Shown here in pieces: positions 19,222-29,153 of a DNA stretch of 64,000 nucleotides. The position numbers were made by a program, and so were the translations under genes. How positions within the stretch are numbered: position 1 is the stretch's first letter; each line of letters begins with the position of its first letter. The notes beneath the pieces are model-generated. The model worked only from the letters and a program-made list of their open reading frames with translations. It was not told the origin of the DNA and made no database searches. Source of the stretch: Bacteroidota bacterium (GTDB taxonomy: Bacteria > Bacteroidota > Ignavibacteria > Kapaibacteriales > UBA961); the NCBI GenBank assembly GCA_964204605.1, contig OZ123195.1, positions 419,357 through 483,356 on the forward strand. Reading direction: 5' to 3'.

Positions 19222-21441
19222 ATGGCTAAACAAAAAACCTTATTTGAGCAATTAAAAAATACAGAAGCTCAAGAACAGACTCCTGAAATCTCTCTTAGAA
19301 ATTCACATATTGTTAAGTATTCAATATTGTGCATATCTATTATACTTGTTGGTTTATTATTTCCCCATCATCAAAATTTCCAAGATGGATCTTCTGATAT
19401 AAAGAAAGTGTCTGATGGTATTCTTTGGATGAATGAAACAGTAAAAGCTGAATATCCTTTTGCAATAAATAAGCCTTTACAAGAAATTAAAGCTGATATT
19501 CAATTTATAAAAGAGCATTCGAGTCCGGTATTTGTCGATAATAAAGTAAGTAGACAAAAAGCAGATTCTAATCTTATTCTCCTTGAAGAATCCTTGCTAA
19601 AATCAAATATCAATCAAGTGCTTAAAGCCAGTATATCTGCAGATATATATCAAAAATTCCAAAAGATTGATCCTAATACCAAAGAGAAGTTCCTTCAAGT
19701 TCTAGCTTTATATAAATCAGATATACTAGATTCAGTCTATTCAGTTAAATCTTATGTAAATATTCAGATAGACTCCTTATGGCAAAGTATAATTATTAAG
19801 AAGAATAGCTTACAAGATATTGAATTACAAAGATTTGAGTTAATTGATTCCTTATCTGTTAAACGAATGCTGATAAGAGTTCTGAATAATCAATTTGATG
19901 AACAGACAAGCTTTATTCTGGTAAAAATGTTGATATCAGTTCTACCTGCAAAGTTTATGTATTCTGAATCTCTTACAAATGAATTGTCAAATGTAAAAAT
20001 TGCTGCTGTACCAAAAACCTTAGGAATTGTAAAGGCTGGAGATATAATAATTAATAAGGGTGAACGAATCGATAGAATGGCAATGCTTAAAATGCAATCT
20101 TATACTAGCTATCGATCAATAATCGAAGGAAAAGATTATTCTTGGATTGTCTTTCTTGGTGGTATGGGACATTCTTTCATGATTTTCTCAATGTTGATTT
20201 TGTATTTGTATTTTATAAGACCAAATATATTTAAAGATAATTATAAAGTATTTGGTTTATGTGGGATTATGTTGCTGGCTTCATTATCAGGTTGGTTTTC
20301 TATTATCATTAATTCGAGTTATCCATTAGAATATGCCGTGATAGTACCTGCATTATCTATGCTAATTGCTATTTTATTTGATTCAAGAACTGCTTTTTAT
20401 AGTACGGTTGTGATGTCTTTGTTGATAGCAGGTATTAGAGGAAGCGATTATTCTGTTGGTTTGGCAATGATGATGAGTGGTATGCTAGCTGCTTATAGTG
20501 TAAGAGATATTAAAAGTAGAACACAGATATTTCAATCAATTCTATTTGTTATGCTTGGTTTTGCACTTACAATCATTTCAATTAGTGCAGAAAGAACTCT
20601 TGATATATCAGAAACACTTCTCCAATTGGGTGTAGCTGGAGTTAACTCAGTTTTTTCTCCTTTATTGACTTTTGGTATTTTGTATATAATTGAAAGAGTT
20701 TTTAATATTACAACAGATTTACGCTTAAAAGAATATGATAATGTAGAACATCCATTATTATTAGAAATGAGTGAGAAATCACCTGGTACATATCAGCATA
20801 CTTTAACCATTGCACGATTATCAGAAAGTGCTGCTATAGCAATAGGTGCTAATGGACTTTTAGCCAAAGTAGGTGCTTATTTTCATGATATTGGTAAAAT
20901 CCCTAAAGCAGAATATTATGTAGAAAATCAAATAAATATCGATAATAAACATGATAAATTATCGCCCAAGAAAAGTGCTTCTATCATTCGAGATCATGTT
21001 CAAGATGGAATTGAATTAGCGATAGAATATAAATTGCCTCAAAGAATTATAGATTTTATTCCCATGCATCATGGCACTATGCTAATCAAGCACTTTTATG
21101 CTAAAGCTATTGAATTCTCTAATATTGGTGAAGGATCTACAATTGTTAAAATGGAAGACTATAGATATATAGGTCCTAAACCTGTAACTAAAGAGACAGC
21201 TATTGTTATGTTAGCAGATGCTGCTGAAGCTATTGCAAGGGCTGCCAATGCAGATAATAGAGAAGATATCGTAGAAATATTAGATTCGATTGTTAAAGAT
21301 AGGTTTTTGGATGGTCAATTTGATGAATGCCCAATTACGATGGCAGAGATACAAGAAGTAAAAGAGTCTTTTGCAAAGAACCTTCTAGGTATGCGACATC
21401 ATAGAGTGATGTATAAAGAGATCCCAATACAAGAAAGTTAA
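19222..21441 (+). CDS. 7TM-HD (HDIG) membrane phosphohydrolase, PgpH-like
   Basis: N-terminal TM, extracytoplasmic domain, seven further TMs, then PGTYQH, GAYFHDIGK, MHHGT and MLADAAEA. Confidence 0.9.
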   Translation: MAKQKTLFEQLKNTEAQEQTPEISLRNSHIVKYSILCISIILVGLLFPHHQNFQDGSSDIKKVSDGILWMNETVKAEYPFAINKPLQEIKADIQFIKEHSSPVFVDNKVSRQKADSNLILLEESLLKSNINQVLKASISADIYQKFQKIDPNTKEKFLQVLALYKSDILDSVYSVKSYVNIQIDSLWQSIIIKKNSLQDIELQRFELIDSLSVKRMLIRVLNNQFDEQTSFILVKMLISVLPAKFMYSESLTNELSNVKIAAVPKTLGIVKAGDIIINKGERIDRMAMLKMQSYTSYRSIIEGKDYSWIVFLGGMGHSFMIFSMLILYLYFIRPNIFKDNYKVFGLCGIMLLASLSGWFSIIINSSYPLEYAVIVPALSMLIAILFDSRTAFYSTVVMSLLIAGIRGSDYSVGLAMMMSGMLAAYSVRDIKSRTQIFQSILFVMLGFALTIISISAERTLDISETLLQLGVAGVNSVFSPLLTFGILYIIERVFNITTDLRLKEYDNVEHPLLLEMSEKSPGTYQHTLTIARLSESAAIAIGANGLLAKVGAYFHDIGKIPKAEYYVENQINIDNKHDKLSPKKSASIIRDHVQDGIELAIEYKLPQRIIDFIPMHHGTMLIKHFYAKAIEFSNIGEGSTIVKMEDYRYIGPKPVTKETAIVMLADAAEAIARAANADNREDIVEILDSIVKDRFLDGQFDECPITMAEIQEVKESFAKNLLGMRHHRVMYKEIPIQES

Positions 21442-21455
21442 ATAGATATAAAAAG

Positions 21456-21492
21456 AAAAAGGCAGTGAATGTGTGATTCACTGCCTTTTTTT
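21456..21492. terminator. Bidirectional intrinsic terminator
   Basis: AAAAAGGCAGTGAAT-GTGTG-ATTCACTGCCTTTTTTT between convergent genes. Confidence 0.85.
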
Positions 21493-21510
21493 ATGTACTT
21501 ACAATAACAA

Positions 21511-24500
21511 TTACTTGGTAATCATCAATTGTTGCTGAGCTTGGAATGGACCTGATTTCATTACACAGATATACATGCCAGATGGTAATGACTCTGTAGA
21601 TAAAGATAATTCATAAGATCCACTTTGGAGTGTTCCATGTAATAAAGTATGTACTTTTTGTCCCATACTATTATATAATTCGATTGTGGTTTGTCCTGAA
21701 ATCCCAATGCTATATTCTATAGATGCTTGGTCTACAGCAGGGGATTGGCCAATTTGCTTTAATGCATATCCAATTCCACTTCCACGGATAAAGCGTCCAT
21801 TTTGGAAGCAAATCTTATCCAATGTTAATGAAGAACCTGCAGTATTAATAATCAAGCATTTAGATAAAGAAGTAGAAGTTGTTGCTTGAACATCGACACT
21901 GAATACATTAGTATCACCCAAATAAGCATTGTATTCTAATTCAAATAATTCTACATCAGATTTGCCAGGAATTGAAGTGATTCCTTTGCCGCTTACCACA
22001 ATATTATTTGGCTTGCTAACTGCATTCCATGTCCAGCCATTAATTTTGCTGATCAATTTATTAGAATATTCTAAGTTTTGTGCATTATAACTTAAAATTA
22101 CTTGTAATGTATCAACATTCGTTGTGCCTATGGCAGAATCAATCTTTGCTTTTACAATTAAGTTGACCGCTTTTCCTGGAATAACTTTTTGATAATCATT
22201 AGGGCTTGTATATACCTTCATACCTGAAGTTATAGCCTTGCCAATCAAATTAATTTTTCTTTGACCTAACTTTGCTGTAGCTGCAAAAGTACCTGCACTT
22301 TGCGGTGTAAACATAATTAAGAAGTTATTAGTTAAGCCAGCACCAATATCTACACTTCCTGATGGTAATAATGTAAATTGATTTTTATCTGTACCTTCTA
22401 CAGAAGCATCAATAGTAACTTTATTACTACTTAAGTTAGGATAAGGAATAACTGCTCCAGGAGTTTCACACACTAAAACAGTTCCAAAATTAACTGTACT
22501 GTCTGCAGAGAAACCTTCCCCACAAATAGTTGCTTGGCTAGAGCCATTTGTTCCATCATGAACAATATTGACAGTTGCGCTTCTATAACCTACAAATTCA
22601 GGTGTAAACCTTACAGACAGTATCTGCTTCCCACCAGCTGGTATTGTAAATGGTGCAACTGGAGTTAAATTATCAAATTCTGTAGATCCAACAATAGTGA
22701 TTGAAGATACATTCAAAGGCGCATTGCCAGTATTATTCAGTATTAATGCATCAGCTTTAGTATTATTGGTACCAACTATTGTAGTTCCAACACAATTAGA
22801 ATCTGCTTTTAATGTGCCAGTACATCCATCACCTTGAAGTCTTCCACCAACTGTAATTGTTTGATTATCTGCAGAGGCTTTAACTAATAATGAATCCCAC
22901 AGACCAAGAGTAGCAGTTTTAGGAGAGAATTCAATTGTTAGGTTAGATTCTTGTCCACTAGCAAGCTTGTATGGTAAGGTTGGTAAAGCAAAAGTAAATG
23001 TTCCATCATTCTTTTGTAGAGTGATTGATTCTATTGTTGCTTCGCTACCACCATTATTTTTAATTTTAATTACTTTTTGATCTTTACCAGTAACAGGTAC
23101 ACAGCCCCAAATTCCATTAGATACTGTTGCCTGTAATGGAGAAATACCATCACCGCTTAATTGAATACGAGGAGCGCCACAATCAGCTGGAAGACCTAGG
23201 TCAATGATTGCAGTTCTTTTTCCTGTTGCTGTAGGAATAAATTCCACACCAAGTTCTAAACATTGTCCTGGGCGAATTGTAATTGTAGTATCACCACTTG
23301 AAGGTAAAGCTGTGCCATATCCAGGATTAATACTTACAATTTTATAATCTCCAGGATTTGTACCCGCTAATTTTAATTTACCATCAATAATAATCCCACT
23401 TTTATTACAAAGTGCTGTTTTAATTAACATGGTAGATTTAGATGTTACCAAAGTATTGGTAAACACTGTGTCTGAAGTATATGTATATGTACATGGCTCA
23501 ACACCAGTTCCGCATATTGTCATTGTTACTACAGGAGAGCAAGATGCATAAAAAGTAACTTTAGCGCAATGCTCGCCTGGTGAAGTTGGATCAAATAATA
23601 CTTCTATAGGAATAGTATCGCAGTTAACAGCAGGGAACAGACGTCCATTAAGCACTGTTTTTAGACTAAACTGAGGATTATCTACACCAACACTATCAAT
23701 AAATGTATCTAGGTTTCCACCATTACAAATACCAGTATTTAATGTTTGTTCTTTAGGTTGTCCAACAGCAGTTGTACCCACATTGAAACGTAGATTTGGA
23801 TCTACCGAATACAATTTAGCTTTAGCCAATGGGAAACTTACTTGACTAGCAGATGAACTTGGAGGTAATCCACAGAATTTTGTAACAAACCCATCAGATA
23901 ATCCAGCTGATGTTAATAGTTTATTACCTGGATCTTTAACGATTGTTCCATTAAAAGAACCTGTTTCATAAATACATCCATCTTTGTCTGTTGCTGTATT
24001 TTTTGTATACGGTTTGCCAACTACTTTAGATGGTTGTAAATCTAGCCAATTACCAGCTTCATCAAAGATTGCTGTAAATGGTTGCCATAAAGTAGTTCTA
24101 TTCTGAATTCTTACTGGAAACCCAGCGATTGTAGTTTCTAAAGTTCCTTTGAACATACCTTGAGCATATACATGCTTATCGGATGGATCATATGCAATTT
24201 GTTCACCAAATGCTTCTCCTGCAGTATTAGCTCTTGGGCCTAAATCTTGAACCATAACCATATTGCCATTTGGTTCTATTCTAGCCATAAAGAAATTACG
24301 TTTGGATTTATCACTTGCCTTTGTTTTGGATATTGCACCTTGCAAACCTGGTTGATTTCCAAAAGTTGCATCACCAATAAACCATCCAGTTGTATATGCA
24401 ACTTTACCAGGCCCAGCTGTAATTCCAGTGATTTGATCTTCGGAAGTCCCACCAATGCCTTTTACATAAACAACATTGCCAGAAACATCAATTTGAGCAT

Positions 24501-26205
24501 AAAAGCCATCTCGAGATCCACCTGCACTAGACATCTGATTTGTATCGAAAGTACCTACACCAACAAAAGAACCTCCTACAAAAGCATTCAATCCATCTGA
24601 TGAAAGAGATATACTTACAGATGAATCTGATAATGTACCGCCAATTTGTTTAGCCCATACATATGTTTTTGCACTTGGCAAACCAACTTTTATACGGAAT
24701 TTTCCTTTTGTATCTAGTTTTTTCAACTCATCTGCTGACCATATATATTTCAATCCAGTTGCATTATTTGCAAGAAGATTCCATGTTGCTCCATCATCAG
24801 AACTGTATTGAATAATAACTTCTTGCGCAGAATCAACACCTGCCCATAAAATAGTTAAATCATTACATGTAGATCTTACTTCGGAAGATATTGGGTCTAC
24901 AAGAATAACACTAGCTGTGCCTCCTACCAAAGGAAGAATTGGCGGGCTACAAGGTGTTCCAGTTAATTCCAAAGAACCTTGACGAAAATCTAATACATTG
25001 CCTTGGGTAAATTCTACAGCAAAAGCCCTGCTTTTGCCAGAATCTATAGTAATTGGAGTAGATCCGTCCCAATCAGTTAATTTAAATGTAGCACCTGCTG
25101 GAGATGTAACTTTGCCTTTAGTTAAAGTAACTTGTCCAGTTTTAGCTGTAACGGTTACAGTACTTGTTATTGGAGTATTTGGAAGTGGATTTCCAAATGA
25201 CAAAATTGGTGGGCTTACGTCAAATCTTAGAATACTACTAGCCGGGGCTAAATATTCAGAGGATTTGGTAATATTATATCCTTTTTTGAGCGTTATTTCA
25301 ATTTTTCGTTTTCTACTAGAATCATCACAACCCATTGGAGATTTCCACTTAAGATAGCATACTTCTTTAGCTTGCAATTTAGTAGCAATCTTTGCATAAA
25401 TATCTTGTAATTGGGCTGCAGCATCACGAGAATTTGCTTCAAAAGATTCTCCGCCAGTTTCACTTGCAAATCTTGCTAAATCTGCATTCATACCGGTGAA
25501 AGCTGTTATTGCATAAAAAACGATGCCATTATCTTGTAATCCTTTACGAATAGAATCTACAGTTGGCTTTCTATTGGGCTCTCCATCAGTTAAAAAGATA
25601 ATGACTCTTTTAACAGGTTCTGTAGGCCTTTCACTTAACAACTTAATAGCACCCCATTGTTTATGTAGAAGTGGGGGATCATAAGCAGTTGCAGTTCCTA
25701 ATTCTATTTTGTCAATTGCTGCAATAAGTTGATTTCGATTATTTGTCCAATCTTGTTCTAAGTAAGATTGACCATCGAAAGAAACAATGGCTACTGCAGT
25801 TGGATCTATAAAATTCAATTGCTGAACAAATAATTTAGAAGCAATCTTAACAAATTTGAACCTTGTATCATCTGGGGTTTGTCCAACTTGTTCAGACATC
25901 GATCCACTTTTATCGATAACCAATACTACACTTAATGCAGGGCCATCAACAATAGATGAACATTTCTTTATCAAAGCAGAATTTGGAATCTTTATTCCAT
26001 TTTCAAAAACATCAAAATCATTAGAATCTAATCCAGCCAATGGAGCATCATCTTTATCTAATGTTTGAAAAAAAGTTCTTATCTGAGGATAAGCTTTTGT
26101 TTCAGGTGCAAAAATATTGAATCGAACTTGTGCTTTTGTTTGAACTGAACAAGCAGTTATAAACAAAAAGAAAAACATTGTAAAGAATCCTAATCTGCGA
26201 ATCAT
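21511..26205 (-). CDS. Large T9SS-secreted surface protein: VWA, beta-propeller-like repeats, Ig-like (choice-of-anchor D/ASH) repeats, cohesin-like domain and CTD
   Basis: MIDAS DKSGS...T...FLTDG; WAKQIGG...S repeats; repeated N.G...I......F.......P...G...A.....L.G.G Ig units; CTD IELYNSMGQKV...LPSGMYI. Start MIRRLG at 26205. Confidence 0.82.
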   Translation of the reverse strand: MIRRLGFFTMFFFLFITACSVQTKAQVRFNIFAPETKAYPQIRTFFQTLDKDDAPLAGLDSNDFDVFENGIKIPNSALIKKCSSIVDGPALSVVLVIDKSGSMSEQVGQTPDDTRFKFVKIASKLFVQQLNFIDPTAVAIVSFDGQSYLEQDWTNNRNQLIAAIDKIELGTATAYDPPLLHKQWGAIKLLSERPTEPVKRVIIFLTDGEPNRKPTVDSIRKGLQDNGIVFYAITAFTGMNADLARFASETGGESFEANSRDAAAQLQDIYAKIATKLQAKEVCYLKWKSPMGCDDSSRKRKIEITLKKGYNITKSSEYLAPASSILRFDVSPPILSFGNPLPNTPITSTVTVTAKTGQVTLTKGKVTSPAGATFKLTDWDGSTPITIDSGKSRAFAVEFTQGNVLDFRQGSLELTGTPCSPPILPLVGGTASVILVDPISSEVRSTCNDLTILWAGVDSAQEVIIQYSSDDGATWNLLANNATGLKYIWSADELKKLDTKGKFRIKVGLPSAKTYVWAKQIGGTLSDSSVSISLSSDGLNAFVGGSFVGVGTFDTNQMSSAGGSRDGFYAQIDVSGNVVYVKGIGGTSEDQITGITAGPGKVAYTTGWFIGDATFGNQPGLQGAISKTKASDKSKRNFFMARIEPNGNMVMVQDLGPRANTAGEAFGEQIAYDPSDKHVYAQGMFKGTLETTIAGFPVRIQNRTTLWQPFTAIFDEAGNWLDLQPSKVVGKPYTKNTATDKDGCIYETGSFNGTIVKDPGNKLLTSAGLSDGFVTKFCGLPPSSSASQVSFPLAKAKLYSVDPNLRFNVGTTAVGQPKEQTLNTGICNGGNLDTFIDSVGVDNPQFSLKTVLNGRLFPAVNCDTIPIEVLFDPTSPGEHCAKVTFYASCSPVVTMTICGTGVEPCTYTYTSDTVFTNTLVTSKSTMLIKTALCNKSGIIIDGKLKLAGTNPGDYKIVSINPGYGTALPSSGDTTITIRPGQCLELGVEFIPTATGKRTAIIDLGLPADCGAPRIQLSGDGISPLQATVSNGIWGCVPVTGKDQKVIKIKNNGGSEATIESITLQKNDGTFTFALPTLPYKLASGQESNLTIEFSPKTATLGLWDSLLVKASADNQTITVGGRLQGDGCTGTLKADSNCVGTTIVGTNNTKADALILNNTGNAPLNVSSITIVGSTEFDNLTPVAPFTIPAGGKQILSVRFTPEFVGYRSATVNIVHDGTNGSSQATICGEGFSADSTVNFGTVLVCETPGAVIPYPNLSSNKVTIDASVEGTDKNQFTLLPSGSVDIGAGLTNNFLIMFTPQSAGTFAATAKLGQRKINLIGKAITSGMKVYTSPNDYQKVIPGKAVNLIVKAKIDSAIGTTNVDTLQVILSYNAQNLEYSNKLISKINGWTWNAVSKPNNIVVSGKGITSIPGKSDVELFELEYNAYLGDTNVFSVDVQATTSTSLSKCLIINTAGSSLTLDKICFQNGRFIRGSGIGYALKQIGQSPAVDQASIEYSIGISGQTTIELYNSMGQKVHTLLHGTLQSGSYELSLSTESLPSGMYICVMKSGPFQAQQQLMITK

Positions 26206-26358
26206 ACGATTCTCCCGATTGGTATAACACATAGTATTTATTATCAAAGTAACATGATCTAAAACAATATAAAGTTTTAGATCAAAAAAAATAGGTTAAT
26301 AATGCAAATTACTTCATTGTAATGACACATTCTTATGAATTAAGTCACAAAATATACA

Positions 26359-27501
26359 TCAAGAAGAAAGCATTACAGGCCTTTCCAAAATTGTAAATGT
26401 TTTATCAACAGAATTAAGTTCTGCATTAACTCCTAATGGTAATGTCATCTTACTTTTAACATGCCCAATAGGTAAACCATACACAGCAGGGATGCCCAAA
26501 GATTTAATCCTTGATTCAAGAACTTGTATAAGTGAGAATGATACTTCAAATCCTGCGATTCTTTGAGCTTCACAATTTTTGAATTGTCCTAAAACGATAC
26601 CTGCACATTGTTGTAATTTACCAGCAAGCCATAGTTGTGTTAACATTCTATCTATTTTATAAGGTTCCTCTGCAATATCTTCTAAAAACAACAGTGCATT
26701 TTTAGTATCAATTTCATAAGGTGTACCTAAAGTACTTACTATCATGGATAAATTACCACCTGTTAAAGTACCCCGGGCAACTCCAGAATTTAATGTAATT
26801 ATTTTACTATCTGAATATGTAATCGGAGCAAATGGTATGATTGCTTTCTCTTTAGAAATTGCATCATTTTGAATAAATTGATTAGAGCATAATGTTTTAT
26901 TAAAATAATCAACAGTAAATGGATCAAAAGTAGAGGACGCTACAGGCCCATGAAATGTGACAAGATTACTCAATCTATTTATTGCAACTAATAATGCGGT
27001 TATATCGCTATACCCAATAATAATTTTGGGATTTTGTTGTATCATTGAAAAATCTAGCATGGGTAGAATGCGCATTACTCCGTATCCACCCCTAGCACAT
27101 AAAATACAGTCAATATCCTTTCTTTCGATAAACTCCATGAACTCAGAAGCACGTTCAGCATCTGGTGCAGATAAATAACCATATTTACGGGTAATAGTAT
27201 TACCTATAACTATATTAAAACCACTAGCTTTTAACAGTGAAATGCCTTCTTGGAGTTCTCCATTATCAACTCCACTTGCTGGTGCTGTGATGCCAATCGT
27301 TGATCCCTTTTTTAAGGCAGGTGGTAATAATGAAGCAGTAAAACCTTTTGCATGTAATTCCTCTGAAGCAAGAACAGCTTCAGCAGAAAACTTAGGGGAA
27401 GATTCTACCTTATTATCAGCCTTTGCTAAAGAATTAGCAGAACTCATAATGCCGGCTCCTAGCCCAATACCACATGCTCCAAGAAATTTTCTTCTTTTCA
27501 T
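26359..27501 (-). CDS. ldcA: LD-carboxypeptidase (peptidase S66) with Tat signal
   Basis: MKRRKFLG twin-arginine signal; ARGGYG, IGYSDIT (Ser), GGNLS, FLEDIAE (Glu), PIGH (His). Confidence 0.88.
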   Translation of the reverse strand: MKRRKFLGACGIGLGAGIMSSANSLAKADNKVESSPKFSAEAVLASEELHAKGFTASLLPPALKKGSTIGITAPASGVDNGELQEGISLLKASGFNIVIGNTITRKYGYLSAPDAERASEFMEFIERKDIDCILCARGGYGVMRILPMLDFSMIQQNPKIIIGYSDITALLVAINRLSNLVTFHGPVASSTFDPFTVDYFNKTLCSNQFIQNDAISKEKAIIPFAPITYSDSKIITLNSGVARGTLTGGNLSMIVSTLGTPYEIDTKNALLFLEDIAEEPYKIDRMLTQLWLAGKLQQCAGIVLGQFKNCEAQRIAGFEVSFSLIQVLESRIKSLGIPAVYGLPIGHVKSKMTLPLGVNAELNSVDKTFTILERPVMLSS

Positions 27502-27600
27502 TCGTATCAACTTCAAAATGTGAAAAACCGAGAAAAAAACATAAACAAGATAATAATCAATACTATTTGCAATATTCATGCCGTCGGTATCCAACGAATA

Positions 27601-27608
27601 CAAAAATA
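27601..27608 (-). promoter_or_regulatory. TAnnTTTG-type promoter element for the LD-carboxypeptidase gene
   Basis: Minus strand TATTTTTG in the divergent intergenic region. Confidence 0.4.
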
Positions 27609-27792
27609 CTAAATGAATTCTATCTAATACTATCTAATACTGTCATAATATGGTAGAAATGTAAAGAAATTAGCTATGTGCGTAAATACTTTGCCAAAGA
27701 ATCGAATCTATATAGCTAACTTGTTCGATTGAAAACGTGTGTTTATATGTAATTGTATAGTGTAATTGAATTGTATCTTTATTTTCACATCT

Positions 27793-29088
27793 ATGAAAAA
27801 CACAATAAATTCCAGAAGAACATTGTTAAAATCAGCTGGTGCCTTAGCGATTTTACCATTTACTACATTTCACAATGTACATGCATATCCTAATCCAATA
27901 GAGCACATTCAACCTGATTATAATGCCGATTTCTGGCAAGCAATTAGAACTGAATATAGCATGGATAGAACCATGATTAACCTAAATAATGGTGGTGTTA
28001 GTCCTAGCCCAAAATCTGTGATTGAGTCTCTTCATAAAGCTATTGATTATGCAAATTTAGCCCCAGCAAGAAATCTTTGGCAACAATTAGAACCTGGTTT
28101 AGAAAGGGTGCGAGAAGGTTTAGCAGATATGTTTGGTACACAGGTATCAGAAATTGCTATTACCAGAAATGCCAGTGAAAGTTTGCAAAATATTCAATTA
28201 GGAATGAGTTTATCGGTTGGTGATGAAGTGTTAACCACTATCTATGATTATCCTAGGATGATTACTGCGTGGGAACAAAGGGTAAGAAGAGATAATATTG
28301 TCTTGAAAAAAATTGAAATCCCTATGCCTTTATTAGATCCCATGGATGCTGTAAATGCTATAGAAAAAGCAATTACAAAAAAAACGAAAGTGATTCATGT
28401 TTCCCATATTCCATTTTGCACAGGGCAAATAATGCCTATAAAAGCAATTTGTGAAATGGCAAAAAAATATTCAATTGAATGTATTGTAGATGGCGCTCAT
28501 TCATTTGCTCATATACCTTTCAAACAACAAGATTTGCAATGTGATTATTTTGCGACTTCGCTTCACAAATGGCTTTATGCACCAATTGGTACAGGAATGT
28601 TATATGTGAAAAAAGAAAAAATATCTTCCATTTGGCCTCTAATGGCTGCACCTACAGAAATGGATGATTCCATAAAGAAATTTGAGGAAATTGGAACGCA
28701 TCAATCAGCTTTACACAATGCTATTAGCGATGCTTTGGTATTTAATGAAAGAATAACTGTAGAAAGAAAAGCAGAAAGATTAAGAGCCCTAAATAAACGA
28801 TGGATTGATAAGATTAAGCAAGATAAAAGAGTATCTTTTTCAGTTAATATAGATGATGATCAGCAATGGTGTGGCATCATAGTAGTAATGTTTAAAGGCT
28901 TTAATCACGAGAAAATTGGTGAATATTTGATGAATACTCACCGTATCATTTCTACGCCTTTAAAATATGCAAATATTGATGGTTTAAGAATTACTCCCAA
29001 TATTTATATTGGGGAATCTGAAATTGATTATTTTGCACAAGCATTACTTAATATTTTGGGTGGAAAGGTTAGTGGCCTTACCAAGTAG
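27793..29088 (+). CDS. Class V PLP-dependent enzyme (isopenicillin N epimerase/cysteine desulfurase-like) with Tat signal
   Basis: SRRTLLK...AxA Tat signal; LNNGGVSPSP, RNASE, VDGAH, SLHKWLYAPIGTG (PLP lysine). Confidence 0.85.
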   Translation: MKNTINSRRTLLKSAGALAILPFTTFHNVHAYPNPIEHIQPDYNADFWQAIRTEYSMDRTMINLNNGGVSPSPKSVIESLHKAIDYANLAPARNLWQQLEPGLERVREGLADMFGTQVSEIAITRNASESLQNIQLGMSLSVGDEVLTTIYDYPRMITAWEQRVRRDNIVLKKIEIPMPLLDPMDAVNAIEKAITKKTKVIHVSHIPFCTGQIMPIKAICEMAKKYSIECIVDGAHSFAHIPFKQQDLQCDYFATSLHKWLYAPIGTGMLYVKKEKISSIWPLMAAPTEMDDSIKKFEEIGTHQSALHNAISDALVFNERITVERKAERLRALNKRWIDKIKQDKRVSFSVNIDDDQQWCGIIVVMFKGFNHEKIGEYLMNTHRIISTPLKYANIDGLRITPNIYIGESEIDYFAQALLNILGGKVSGLTK

Positions 29089-29153
29089 CATATATTTAAC
29101 TCACTACAACACTGCAATTATTGCTGTGTATTCCGATTTAGCAGATTTCCTAT

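Noticed and set aside
29089-29153. yybP-ykoY Mn riboswitch expected upstream of terC/alx
   Set aside because: The gap is only 65 nt, with no recognisable conserved core.
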